The notes under the pieces are model-generated. The model ran no database searches. It was not told the DNA's origin and saw only the letters and a list, made by a program, of their open reading frames with translations. A program made the position numbers and the translations under genes. Positions 28,933 to 41,973 of a stretch of 64,000 nucleotides of DNA are shown here, one piece after another. Location: sequence record MZ681930.1; one strand, 5' to 3'. Position 1 is the first letter of the stretch; every line of letters starts with the position of its first letter. This stretch comes from Enterobacteria phage phiC600P9.

Positions 28933-29513
28933 TATTCACCGCAGAATTCGTTGATATTTTCCCAGTTTAACTTATTCAAGTTTTTCTTAGGAACATTAAA
29001 CACTTCAATACCTGCATTTCGCAGAATATCATCCCAGCCAGGTTTATTTTTATCGTATGTTTCGCAATAAACCAGCTTTTTAATACCAGATTGAGCTATC
29101 GCTTTTGCACAATCTGGGCAAGGAGAAAGTGTTACATACATAGTAGCACCTTCAATTGAAGAACCATTTCGTGCAGCAAACAAAATCGCATTTAGTTCAG
29201 CATGAATTTCATTTTTAGACGACCATTCAGAATGAGCGCTGCGGTGTTCTTTCGCCAAAACAAAACGATCAGTTGAACCAAACGATACGCATTCAGGCTT
29301 ATGACCTTGAATGATAGTATGTTTAGGCTTATTCAGCAACCAACCTTGCTCGGCAGCATAATCACAGCAATTCACACCACCTGCCGGAGAACCGTTATAT
29401 CCAGTAGAAATAATACGTCCATTCTTTTCAATTACTGCCCCTACCTTCCAGGAGCAACACTTTGATTCTTGTGATACTAAATATGCAATTTGAAGTACTG
29501 TACTCGCTTTCAT
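28932..29513 (-). CDS. cd: dCMP deaminase
   Basis: 193 aa ORF; zinc-binding deaminase motifs HAELNAI and PCPDCAKAI. Confidence 0.93.
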   Translation of the reverse strand: MKASTVLQIAYLVSQESKCCSWKVGAVIEKNGRIISTGYNGSPAGGVNCCDYAAEQGWLLNKPKHTIIQGHKPECVSFGSTDRFVLAKEHRSAHSEWSSKNEIHAELNAILFAARNGSSIEGATMYVTLSPCPDCAKAIAQSGIKKLVYCETYDKNKPGWDDILRNAGIEVFNVPKKNLNKLNWENINEFCGE

Positions 29514-29848
29514 TTCATAATCACCAGATAAGCAGATTTAGCAGTTTCAACACGATAAATTTCGTGACGAAGTTTAGTTATACTTTTAATAACAGAACTA
29601 ATTATATTCTGCCCATCTTTAAAGCGGTTTTTCTTATCAATAAAAATTGCACCAGCCATCTTTTTGTGAAGCTCAACTGGGTACTTCGTCACAATAATAG
29701 CATCATACACAGAAGGATGAATACTATTCACTAGAGTGTCATTCATTAAAGTTATTCTAATGAACTGTGATGTTTCAGAGTCAAGCGCTCTATGATCGCC
29801 AGTATCATTTTCAAGACAATTATCAATTATATCAGTTAAATTCATCAT
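29510..29848 (-). CDS. Hypothetical protein (cd.1 position)
   Basis: 112 aa ORF. Confidence 0.6.
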   Translation of the reverse strand: MMNLTDIIDNCLENDTGDHRALDSETSQFIRITLMNDTLVNSIHPSVYDAIIVTKYPVELHKKMAGAIFIDKKNRFKDGQNIISSVIKSITKLRHEIYRVETAKSAYLVIMK

Positions 29849-30081
29849 AGTACGCCATACACCCTTTGTGCTTCAACTAATCCATCAAAATCCAGTTTAA
29901 GATGTGTTATTTGGTCACCATCACCTGGATTCACAATTACTAATACTGAACGAGGAGTTTCGGTAATAACACGAACCGATGTTTCTGGAAATCGTTCAGA
30001 AACCTTATTTACCAATTCCTGAGCAAATAGTTTAACTTTTTCTTGGAATTCTTTAACAGTAATTGGTTTTTCACTTAGCAT
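29845..30081 (-). CDS. Hypothetical protein (cd.2 position)
   Basis: 78 aa ORF with SD GAGGAAA and an early promoter upstream. Confidence 0.6.
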   Translation of the reverse strand: MLSEKPITVKEFQEKVKLFAQELVNKVSERFPETSVRVITETPRSVLVIVNPGDGDQITHLKLDFDGLVEAQRVYGVL

Positions 30082-30094
30082 TTTGTTTTCCTCA

Positions 30095-30142
30095 TTTGTT
30101 TTGGTAGAGCTATAATATCACAACTCTACCATAAAGTAAACC
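30095..30142 (-). promoter_or_regulatory. Early promoter with 7-bp inverted repeat (GGTAGAG/CTCTACC) around the -10
   Basis: Minus strand GTTTACTTTAT-GGTAGAG-ttgtgaTATTATag-CTCTACC-aaaacaaatgaggaaaacaaaATG. Confidence 0.65.
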
Positions 30143-30143
30143 A

Positions 30144-30425
30144 TTAAATTGCTTTGAATTCTGATGTCTGTGATTCAAAGCGAATATCGCCTTTGATGAC
30201 TAGCTCAGCATCAAGACCAAATACGACAATGATATGCGCGGAACCCGGATACAGCGTAATTGCAATAGAATCCACCTGGTCTGGAAGCAAAGTGTTCAAT
30301 ACATGAGTCACTTGAGCATGAATTCGAAGCTCGGCTGCGTTATCAAGCTTTTCAAACATATTATTAGCGATAATTTGACTAAACACTACTTCTACGATTT
30401 TAGAATAAGTCGGAAACATATTCAC
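30144..30425 (-). CDS. Hypothetical protein (cd.3 position)
   Basis: 93 aa ORF. Confidence 0.6.
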   Translation of the reverse strand: MNMFPTYSKIVEVVFSQIIANNMFEKLDNAAELRIHAQVTHVLNTLLPDQVDSIAITLYPGSAHIIVVFGLDAELVIKGDIRFESQTSEFKAI

Positions 30426-30614
30426 CCCACATAATTTTCTTCAAGCCAATTAATAACATCCAACGCATTATCAAAAGTTGAACCATCTACTATGTCTTCT
30501 GTTTCATAATCAAGAATATCTAAGTCTATTCTTCCATCAACAATAGGCCATAAACAAAATAGATATTTCTTTTCTTTTTCAATTTTATCGCAAAGTTGAT
30601 AAATCTTTTCTATG

Positions 30615-30622
<8 letters not shown>
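30422..30622 (-). CDS. Hypothetical protein (cd.4 position)
   Basis: 66 aa ORF. Confidence 0.55.
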
Positions 30623-32033
<1,411 letters not shown>

Positions 32034-32037
<4 letters not shown>

Positions 32038-32264
32038 TTATTTTTCTCAACCAATGATTGAATATAATCATGCAGGTCTTTAGATGCTTTACCCCACTTA
32101 TTTTGATATTCATTTTTAAGATTAGCCCGAGATTGAGCTAATAAAACATCATTGGTTGGAGGTAAAGATTCTAATCGTTGAATCTGGCGTCCATAAATCA
32201 TTGCAGCCATCTCAGATTCATAAATCAATCCTTTGAGATGTTCAAATTGATGCCATGAAATCAT
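32034..32264 (-). CDS. Hypothetical protein (pseT.2 position)
   Basis: 76 aa ORF. Confidence 0.55.
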
Positions 32265-32560
32265 TTACATTTATCCTCTTTTAGCTCTTGACGATAATAA
32301 CATATCATAGTTTTTTGGTCATGCACATATCGTTTTACATCATTAAGCCAAATACGAAATTCCTGGGAGTCTTCAAATGGCATACCGACCCAAGCTTTAC
32401 CATCAATAACTTTAACTTGCCAAGATAGTTTAGCTTCGTCATATGACTTTATTTGCACAGGCCAATTAGGATGAACTGTTTCTTTCTTTACTTCTAGAGG
32501 CTTTGTCGAACAACCAACTAGAAGACCAATAGATAATATTACTGCTGATAGTTTAATCAT
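32261..32560 (-). CDS. Putative lipoprotein (pseT.3 position)
   Basis: 99 aa ORF; signal peptide with lipobox LLVGC. Confidence 0.6.
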   Translation of the reverse strand: MIKLSAVILSIGLLVGCSTKPLEVKKETVHPNWPVQIKSYDEAKLSWQVKVIDGKAWVGMPFEDSQEFRIWLNDVKRYVHDQKTMICYYRQELKEDKCK

Positions 32561-32910
32561 TTAGAAAGTTCCTGGATGTCTTCTGCGAACTTGTTGAAGG
32601 AGTTGTTGATTTGTTTTTCAACCAATCCTGGCTTATGAGCCACCACATCCGCCTTCTTTGCATCTTTGCGCAGTTTTTCATTTTCACGCTCAATAGCAGC
32701 AATTGCCTCACGATTTTTATTATTCATCGCATCAATATAATTATACTGAATTCGCAAATTATCTAATGCTAAAGCGTTTTCATTGGCCGTTTTTGTAATT
32801 TCAGTAACTGATGTTTCTAATCTTTCTACCTTATTTTTTAAAATAATAGATGTTCCGCCAAATGCTATTACAAGTAATAGCAATCCAGCTGTAAAATTAC
32901 TTACATGCAT
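32557..32910 (-). CDS. Putative membrane-anchored coiled-coil protein
   Basis: 117 aa ORF; N-terminal hydrophobic helix then charged helical region. Confidence 0.55.
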   Translation of the reverse strand: MHVSNFTAGLLLLVIAFGGTSIILKNKVERLETSVTEITKTANENALALDNLRIQYNYIDAMNNKNREAIAAIERENEKLRKDAKKADVVAHKPGLVEKQINNSFNKFAEDIQELSK

Positions 32911-33407
32911 AAAGTTTTAATAACCTCTACAATATCGTCTTGAGAAAGACCGTTAATTAAAATATGATGTTCAGCTGGAGATTTAGAAATTTTAAAGCAT
33001 GCCTCAACATCTTCTGCCATATCTGATGCACTACGATTTGGATTACTAATTCCAAGACGATGCTTTTCTGTCAAAGGATTAACGATGATGTAGCATTTAC
33101 AGTTATTGATATGAACATTAGGTTGAGTCTGATTAATGAACACTTCACAATCATATTTCGCAAGCTGATTTTCTAAAAAGACTTTCATCTCCTCGACTGC
33201 ATCAGGAAGCATATCACGGGCTTGCTCAAGACGACGATTTCGATATTCTTTAATGGTCGTTTTCCGCTTGACTTGCTTAGCTAAATCTTTCTTAAGATCA
33301 GTGATATATCCAACTCGACGATTTCCTTTGAATACAGAAATCCCATCTGTAGTATCACCGTATGCTTCAACGACCATTTCAGTAGTAATAAGCTGTAAAT
33401 CCATCAT
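32901..33407 (-). CDS. alc: Alc, inhibitor of host transcription
   Basis: 168 aa ORF; matches T4 Alc as recalled (MDLQLITTEMVVEAYGD...). Confidence 0.88.
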   Translation of the reverse strand: MMDLQLITTEMVVEAYGDTTDGISVFKGNRRVGYITDLKKDLAKQVKRKTTIKEYRNRRLEQARDMLPDAVEEMKVFLENQLAKYDCEVFINQTQPNVHINNCKCYIIVNPLTEKHRLGISNPNRSASDMAEDVEACFKISKSPAEHHILINGLSQDDIVEVIKTLCM

Positions 33408-33411
33408 AAAG

Positions 33412-33466
33412 TCCTCGTGTTATGTCAGTAAGACTACTGTAACACAACACGAGGGACTTGTAAACA
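33412..33466 (-). promoter_or_regulatory. Early promoter for alc with 9-bp inverted repeat covering the SD
   Basis: Minus strand GTTTACAAGTC-CCTCGTGTT-gtgttacagtagtcttactgacat-AACACGAGG-actttATG; near-duplicate of the 17978-18033 promoter. Confidence 0.7.
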
Positions 33467-33468
33467 GC

Positions 33469-35056
<1,588 letters not shown>

Positions 35057-35062
35057 AATAAA

Positions 35063-35078
35063 ATGGGCCTTGCGGCCC
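35063..35078 (-). other. Intercistronic hairpin between nrdB and denA
   Basis: TGGGCC-ttgc-GGCCCA perfect stem between the nrdB stop and the denA start. Confidence 0.6.
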
Positions 35079-35083
35079 ACTCC

Positions 35084-36262
35084 TTAAAAGTATTTTTTAA
35101 AACTCATCATAACTTTATCATCAACATCATTATCAATTTGTGCGACAAGATAAGAACTGATTTCAACTTCCTGAGGAGCTGCTTGAACTAAATCGGAGTT
35201 CAGATATTCACGAATCCAAGGATACGGATGCTTGGTCGGAGCATCAGTGATTGGGCATGGCAAACCACACTGTTTCATACGAGACACAGTCAAGTAATCA
35301 ACAAAAGCACACATACTCTGCGTATTGATACCTGGACATGTACCGTCTTTAAAGAGGTGTGCAGCCCATTCCTTCTCTTGTCTATTTACTTCCATAAAAA
35401 TGTTAACTGCTTCTTGTTCACATTCTTTAGCAATTTGAACCCACTCATCACCATCAGTACCAGATTGAAGTTGACGGATAATGTACTGAGTACCCTTGAG
35501 GTGGAGTTGTTCGTCACGAGCAATGAACTTCATAATCTTTGCATTGCCTTCCATAATTTCCATATTTTTATGGAAGTTAAAGGTACATGCAAATGATACG
35601 TAAAAACGAATAGCTTCCAAGGCGTTAATTACATGAAGGCAAAGATAAAGAGATTTCATTAGCTCACGCTTCCAATATGTCTCATGCTCAATAGCATCTT
35701 CAATAACGTCTTCGTCTGCATTAATTTCTTTTTGGTATTCGATATCAGCTTTAGCGTTTTCCCAATAACGAGTTTTAACCAGAACATCATCGTAATATTT
35801 ACCTATTGATTCAGCTCGTTTCATGATTGCTTCGTCTAATACAATCTCATCAAATACTTTGGATGGATCAGTATAAAGATTTCGCATAATATGAGTATAC
35901 GAACGAGAGTGAATAGTTTCACTGAATGTCCATGTTGCAACCCATGTATCTAATGAAGGGTCAGAAATCAGTGCCATAAGTACCGCAGACGGGGCCCTGC
36001 CTTGGATAGAATCTAATAATGATTGATACTTAAGATTGTTTGTAAAGATGTCCTGTTGGAACTGAGGAAGCTTATTGAACTGCGCAGAGTCCAACATCAA
36101 GTTTACCTCTTCTGGGCGCCAAAAAAATGATAATTGCTTTTCGGTCAAATCTTCAAAAACTTTATGGCGTTGAATATCATAACGCGCAATACCAAGACCA
36201 GAACCAAAGAACATCGGTTCATTCAAAACATCGACTTGTTGTGTGTTAAAAACTGTACTCAT
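35084..36262 (-). CDS. nrdB: Ribonucleotide reductase small subunit NrdB (no intron)
   Basis: 392 aa uninterrupted ORF with the RNR R2 ferritin-like fold signature region. Confidence 0.93.
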   Translation of the reverse strand: MSTVFNTQQVDVLNEPMFFGSGLGIARYDIQRHKVFEDLTEKQLSFFWRPEEVNLMLDSAQFNKLPQFQQDIFTNNLKYQSLLDSIQGRAPSAVLMALISDPSLDTWVATWTFSETIHSRSYTHIMRNLYTDPSKVFDEIVLDEAIMKRAESIGKYYDDVLVKTRYWENAKADIEYQKEINADEDVIEDAIEHETYWKRELMKSLYLCLHVINALEAIRFYVSFACTFNFHKNMEIMEGNAKIMKFIARDEQLHLKGTQYIIRQLQSGTDGDEWVQIAKECEQEAVNIFMEVNRQEKEWAAHLFKDGTCPGINTQSMCAFVDYLTVSRMKQCGLPCPITDAPTKHPYPWIREYLNSDLVQAAPQEVEISSYLVAQIDNDVDDKVMMSFKKYF

Positions 36263-36315
36263 TATATTTTCTCACTTAGTTTAACTCATCCATGAGTAAA
36301 TTATAATAAAAAGTC

Positions 36316-38571
36316 TTAAAGCTTACAAGCAGAACAATCTTCAGCTTTAGGTGTTTCTAATTCATAGTCATCTGTACCTGACCCATCACGAGTGTTATGA
36401 TAGTAGAGGTTTTTTCCGCCAAAGTACCAGAAGTAAAGTAGATCGTCAAGCATTACTGACATTGGCACTTTACCTTTCTCAAATACTGCAGGGTCATAGT
36501 AAGTATTAGCAGAAGCAGATTGGCACACCCATTTCAACATGATAGCAACTTGAGTCAAATAAGGTTTATTACCTTTCTTAGCAAGTTTCCACGCGTAGTC
36601 GTAAAGACTCATGTTATGTTCTATATTAGGAACAACCTGACGGAAGTTTCCTTCTTTAGATTCTTTAATACTTACCGGACCGCGCGGTGGCTCAATCCCG
36701 TTTGTAGAGTTTGATACTTGACTGCTTGACTCGCAAGGCATGAGTGCAGACAACGTTGAGTTACGAATTCCATGTTCTTTGAGTTCAGCTCGAAGTTCTT
36801 CCCAGTCACAGACGTAGTTCGGGGCTGCAATTTGGTCAATCTTTTTATTGTACCAGTCGATAGGTAATTCGCCTCTAGACCATTTAGTGTCTGAATAATA
36901 CTCACAAGGTCCTTTTTCTTTGGAGAGTTTGATTGAAGCTTTGATAAGGCCATATTGCAATCTCTCAAACAATTCATGAGTCAAATCGTTAGCGTCTTCA
37001 TATGAAGCAAAGTTAGAAGCTAACCATGCAGCATAGTTCGTAACACCAATACCCAAGTTACGACGCTTTTTAGCTTTTAAAGCTTCTGGAACCGGATAAT
37101 CTTGATAGTCTAACAGGTTATCAAGTGCACGTACTTGTACTTCAGCAAGTTCATTAATTTTATCTTGGTCTTGCCAATCAAATTTATCTAATACAAAAGC
37201 AGATAATGTGCATAAACCAATTTCAGCATCAGGACCATTCACGTCATTAGTCGGAATAGCGATTTCACAACATAAGTTACTCTGACGAATTGGAGCTTTT
37301 TCGCGAATAAACGGAGTGTAGTTATTCGTGTTATCAACGAATTGTGGATAAATTCGAGCAGTGCCAGAACGTTCAGTCATGAACAATTCAAAGAGTTCTA
37401 GTGCTTTGATTCTTTTCTTTCTGATTGTCGGGTCTTTTTCAGCTTTCTCATAAAGCTCACGGAATTTATCTTGATCTTCAAAGAACGAGTAGTATAGTTC
37501 GCCTGACATTTCGTGAGGGCTAAATAAAGTAATATAATCATTTTTACCAAGGCGTTCCATCATAAGGTCATTAATCTGAATTCCGTAGTCCATATGTCGA
37601 ATACGGTTTTCATCCACGCCTTTGTTATTTTTCAGAACTAATAGGTTCTCTACTTCTAAGTGCCACATCGGATAATACGCTGTAGCAGCACCACCACGAA
37701 TACCACCTTGAGAACAAGATTTTACTGCAGTTTGGAAATGTTTCCAGAATGGAATAACACCTGTATGTCGAACTTCACCCATACCGATCTTAGAACCTTC
37801 TGCACGAAGCATACCAACGTTGATACCGATACCAGCTCGTTTAGAAATATATTCAATAATTGATGCTGAAGTTTTGTTAATAGATTTTAACGAATCACCT
37901 GCTTCAATAACTACACAACTAGAGAACTGGCGAGTCGGAGTACGAGCACCTGCCATAATTGGGGTAGGCAATGAAACTTGATGAGTAGAAACGGCATCAT
38001 AAAAACGAATAATATGTTTCAAACGGTCATGAGTTTCGTCTTGATGTAAGGCCATGCCAATAGCCATGATAGCAAACTGGGGAGTTTCATAAATCTTCCC
38101 GGTTGTTTTATCTTTAACTAGATATTTTTCTTTAAGCTGCATAGCACCAGCATAAGTCAGGTCAAAGTCTCGTTCATGTTTAATCTGTGAATCGAGATAA
38201 ATGATTTCTTCTGCAGAATATCTAGACAACAACTCAGGGTCGTATTTGCCTTCATTAACACAATAAGAAATATGGTCGATAAAAGCAGGCGGTTCAAACT
38301 GTCCGTATACATCTTTACGGAGTGCAAACATTAGCCCTTTGGCGGCGACATACTGATAATCAGGTTCTTCGACAGAAATCGAGTTAGCTGCAACTTTAAT
38401 ACAAATCTTCTGGATATCTTTGGTGCTCATCCCATCGACAAGATGGGTCTTAATTTCTTCGTACAATTCATATGGGTCAATTTGTGTTCCTTCACATTGC
38501 CAAGTTAAGACTTGAATAATTTTCTGTGCATCAAAATTTTGGGATACACCACTGCTCTTAGTTACTTGCAT
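36316..38571 (-). CDS. nrdA: Ribonucleotide reductase large subunit NrdA
   Basis: 751 aa ORF; class I RNR catalytic subunit; C-terminal CxxC (DCSACKL). Confidence 0.95.
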   Translation of the reverse strand: MQVTKSSGVSQNFDAQKIIQVLTWQCEGTQIDPYELYEEIKTHLVDGMSTKDIQKICIKVAANSISVEEPDYQYVAAKGLMFALRKDVYGQFEPPAFIDHISYCVNEGKYDPELLSRYSAEEIIYLDSQIKHERDFDLTYAGAMQLKEKYLVKDKTTGKIYETPQFAIMAIGMALHQDETHDRLKHIIRFYDAVSTHQVSLPTPIMAGARTPTRQFSSCVVIEAGDSLKSINKTSASIIEYISKRAGIGINVGMLRAEGSKIGMGEVRHTGVIPFWKHFQTAVKSCSQGGIRGGAATAYYPMWHLEVENLLVLKNNKGVDENRIRHMDYGIQINDLMMERLGKNDYITLFSPHEMSGELYYSFFEDQDKFRELYEKAEKDPTIRKKRIKALELFELFMTERSGTARIYPQFVDNTNNYTPFIREKAPIRQSNLCCEIAIPTNDVNGPDAEIGLCTLSAFVLDKFDWQDQDKINELAEVQVRALDNLLDYQDYPVPEALKAKKRRNLGIGVTNYAAWLASNFASYEDANDLTHELFERLQYGLIKASIKLSKEKGPCEYYSDTKWSRGELPIDWYNKKIDQIAAPNYVCDWEELRAELKEHGIRNSTLSALMPCESSSQVSNSTNGIEPPRGPVSIKESKEGNFRQVVPNIEHNMSLYDYAWKLAKKGNKPYLTQVAIMLKWVCQSASANTYYDPAVFEKGKVPMSVMLDDLLYFWYFGGKNLYYHNTRDGSGTDDYELETPKAEDCSACKL

Positions 38572-38629
38572 ATAGTCCTCAGTATAGGTTGATAGACATT
38601 ACTCCAAACGGGATAGTATTTATCCCGTT

Positions 38630-38662
38630 AATTTATTATACACTTTTAAACTGAAGCGTTAA
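38630..38662 (-). promoter_or_regulatory. Middle promoter for nrdA (MotA-box-like plus TATAAT)
   Basis: Minus strand AACGCTTCAG, 12 nt, TATAAT; adjacent AACGGGA...TCCCGTT hairpin in the leader. Confidence 0.6.
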
Positions 38663-38913
38663 TTATCCTCAGCAATAATTTCTTCGTATTCTTTAGGTGT
38701 CAAGACTGTGATATCGAAATAAACCAATGGTTCTTTTTCTATACCGTAACCACCACAAAATTCACGATAGTCATAAATTCGTTCGTGTGAATAGCAAATA
38801 AATCGTTCACCTTTAACTGTGATTTCACTATTCGGTGAAGGGATATCCAGTTCGGTAGGATTTTTCATTTCAAAAATTGTGGTGCCATATGAATTAATAA
38901 AACGTAAAATCAT
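38659..38913 (-). CDS. Hypothetical protein (nrdA.1 position)
   Basis: 84 aa ORF between td and nrdA. Confidence 0.6.
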   Translation of the reverse strand: MILRFINSYGTTIFEMKNPTELDIPSPNSEITVKGERFICYSHERIYDYREFCGGYGIEKEPLVYFDITVLTPKEYEEIIAEDN

Positions 38914-38914
38914 T

Positions 38915-39775
38915 TTATACCGCCATTTTAGCTTTGATAGCTGGATGTGATTCGTAATTTTTAAGAATAAAGTCTTTAGGACGAAGTTTTAATACATATT
39001 CGATTTGTTCTTCGGTTGATAGATGTCTAAATTTGTATGGTAATCCGTTAATAACTAATTCACATAGTTCTTTAGGCTCACGACGTAAAATTTCTTTGCA
39101 TTGTTCTACATGATTGCTGTAGATATGCGTGTTGCCGCCTGAGAACACTAAATCACCTGGGATAAGGTTACACATCTTCGCTACAATATGCGTCAAGGCA
39201 GCGTACGAGGCAATGTTGAACGGCAGGCCCAAGAAAACATCTACACTGCGTTGATACCATTGTAAATCAAGATGACCATTACGCACATTGAACTGGTAGA
39301 ACATATGGCAAGGAGGAAGTGCCATTTGATTTATTTCAGCTGGATTCCAGGCAGAAACAATTTGACGACGATCAGTTGGTAATTTTTTAATACGGTCGAT
39401 TGTTTCAACTAATTGGTCTACACCGCCGAAATCACGCCATTGTTTACCATATATAGGACCAAGTTCACCGCTATGGTACCCAAGGTCTTTTGCCTGATTT
39501 TCGTAATTATCGTCCCAAATAGTTTTACCTTCAATTAGACTACCATGGGTACGAAGACGTAATTCGTTAACATTAGTAGAACCGGACATGAACCACAGTA
39601 GTTCGGCAATACAAGCTTTCCATGCAAGCTTCTTGGTTGTTACTGCAGGAAATCCTTTAGTAAGGTCCCATCGCAATTTAGTTCCGAACAGGGCAATAGT
39701 GCCGGTACCTGTACGGTCGTCTGTTTCGTAGCCATTTTCTAAGATATCTTTAATTAGGTATTGGTATTGTTTCAT
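38915..39775 (-). CDS. td: Thymidylate synthase (no intron)
   Basis: 286 aa uninterrupted ORF; ThyA catalytic region (PPCHMFYQF). Confidence 0.95.
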   Translation of the reverse strand: MKQYQYLIKDILENGYETDDRTGTGTIALFGTKLRWDLTKGFPAVTTKKLAWKACIAELLWFMSGSTNVNELRLRTHGSLIEGKTIWDDNYENQAKDLGYHSGELGPIYGKQWRDFGGVDQLVETIDRIKKLPTDRRQIVSAWNPAEINQMALPPCHMFYQFNVRNGHLDLQWYQRSVDVFLGLPFNIASYAALTHIVAKMCNLIPGDLVFSGGNTHIYSNHVEQCKEILRREPKELCELVINGLPYKFRHLSTEEQIEYVLKLRPKDFILKNYESHPAIKAKMAV

Positions 39776-39819
39776 TTAGTACCTTATATAAATTATAATA
39801 CATTTTATGAAGCTAATAA

Positions 39820-40167
39820 TTAATACGGTTTAGCATCAAATTTTCTCTCAATTTCAGGCGTGAAATATAATTCTTTACCGCGTTTGGAAAAGCGACCAAT
39901 AATATGATAATTATTCTCATCAAACGTGATATTACCAATATCCATAGCTTTCAACCAAATATCGATATTTCTATCCAGCTTTATGTCAAAATTCCAATAC
40001 GGAGAACTATTACCGAAAATACTGCAAGCGGATTCAGTGAAACAACTGCTATAAATCTTGTCTTTAGGAACTACTAATTGATAGACGCCTTTAATAAACT
40101 GAGGACCCTGCCACTTTGGCTGTTTCTCGTCTTTTTCTAATAGAATAGGGTAATAATTAAAATTCAT
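39820..40167 (-). CDS. Hypothetical protein inserted between frd and td
   Basis: 115 aa ORF with no recognisable motif. Confidence 0.6.
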   Translation of the reverse strand: MNFNYYPILLEKDEKQPKWQGPQFIKGVYQLVVPKDKIYSSCFTESACSIFGNSSPYWNFDIKLDRNIDIWLKAMDIGNITFDENNYHIIGRFSKRGKELYFTPEIERKFDAKPY

Positions 40168-40186
40168 ATTTCCGCCACGCGTTATT

Positions 40187-41013
<827 letters not shown>

Positions 41014-41023
41014 ATTATTTTCC

Positions 41024-41266
41024 TTAAACAGACTTTTTCACAATTTTCCAATCAGCTTTAAACTGTTCAACGTCAGAATGATAAATCCAGAATCCTGCGC
41101 TTTCTCCATCCTCATAAAGAGGGCATCCATCGCATTCATCTTCCCATCCCATATCACGCAAAAGATGTTCAGCTTTTTCAACAAGTTCAGAATCTTTACC
41201 GATGATATTAAAATACCATTTACCTCTAACTTCTGAATCTTTAATGCTCTGGCGTTGTAATCTCAT
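41024..41266 (-). CDS. Hypothetical protein (frd.2 position)
   Basis: 80 aa ORF with SD GAGGAG and its own early promoter. Confidence 0.6.
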   Translation of the reverse strand: MRLQRQSIKDSEVRGKWYFNIIGKDSELVEKAEHLLRDMGWEDECDGCPLYEDGESAGFWIYHSDVEQFKADWKIVKKSV

Positions 41267-41285
41267 TTTATTCTCCTCAGTTGAT

Positions 41286-41322
41286 AGGGTAATAGTATCA
41301 CACTACTACCCTGTTGTAAACT
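41286..41322 (-). promoter_or_regulatory. Early promoter with AGGGTA/TACCCT inverted repeat around the -10
   Basis: Minus strand GTTTACAAC-AGGGTA-gtagtgtgatactat-TACCCT-atcaactgaggagaataaaATG. Confidence 0.65.
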
Positions 41323-41701
41323 ACTTTTTGAAAGTTTTTCGCAAAAGTTCAATGATTTCATCTACATTGTTTTCGTCTACAATGCAGTGAATTTTTGTTA
41401 CGCCAGAAACCTTGTCTTCTATTTCATCTTCTTCAGAAGTCGGTTCTTTATACTCGCGGAAACAATGAAATTCGTCTTCGCAAATTTCTAAAAGTCTATC
41501 TTTGAGGTAAAAATGCTTTCCATTTGCGCATTCAATGTGTTTTACTGCTTTATATCCATTAGCGACGGAAACTTCTTTAACTTCAAACCATCCGCCATTA
41601 TCTCGAATAGCTTTAACTATTGATGAATTAGAACGTGGGCTATAATTAATAAATGTATCAATAAGTCTTGGAACAAGTTCATACTTTCTACCAGTATACA
41701 T
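41321..41701 (-). CDS. Hypothetical protein
   Basis: 126 aa ORF between frd.2 and the frd.3-like ORF. Confidence 0.6.
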   Translation of the reverse strand: MYTGRKYELVPRLIDTFINYSPRSNSSIVKAIRDNGGWFEVKEVSVANGYKAVKHIECANGKHFYLKDRLLEICEDEFHCFREYKEPTSEEDEIEDKVSGVTKIHCIVDENNVDEIIELLRKTFKK

Positions 41702-41745
41702 TGCGTTTTCCTCATTTTAATAGGGGCTTGATAGCCCCTTGATAA

Positions 41746-41973
41746 TTACTGCTCAATAAATCCTGTGTAAAATTCTACATCTTCAGCATCCATACCGTCA
41801 CAATATTCATTAACCATAAATTGTTTAAGACGATTTAAAGGACCTTCAATAACAACTGAAACATTGCAATTGGGGTCATTTAGTGCGCTTGTAATACGGA
41901 GTTCAGGATAACGATTACGAATAATTTCTTCAATATATTCAAAATCAACAACATCAATATCAATTTTAGCCAT
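41746..41973 (-). CDS. frd.3-like small protein (internal ATG of the extended gene 32 frame)
   Basis: 75 aa from MAKIDIDVV..., preceded by SD AAAGAGGAAAATAAC; in frame with gene 32 because the gene 32 stop is absent. Confidence 0.6.
   Translation of the reverse strand: MAKIDIDVVDFEYIEEIIRNRYPELRITSALNDPNCNVSVVIEGPLNRLKQFMVNEYCDGMDAEDVEFYTGFIEQ

Noticed and set aside
35084-39775. Group I introns in td and nrdB
   Set aside because: Both ORFs are continuous and of full length, leaving no room for an intron.
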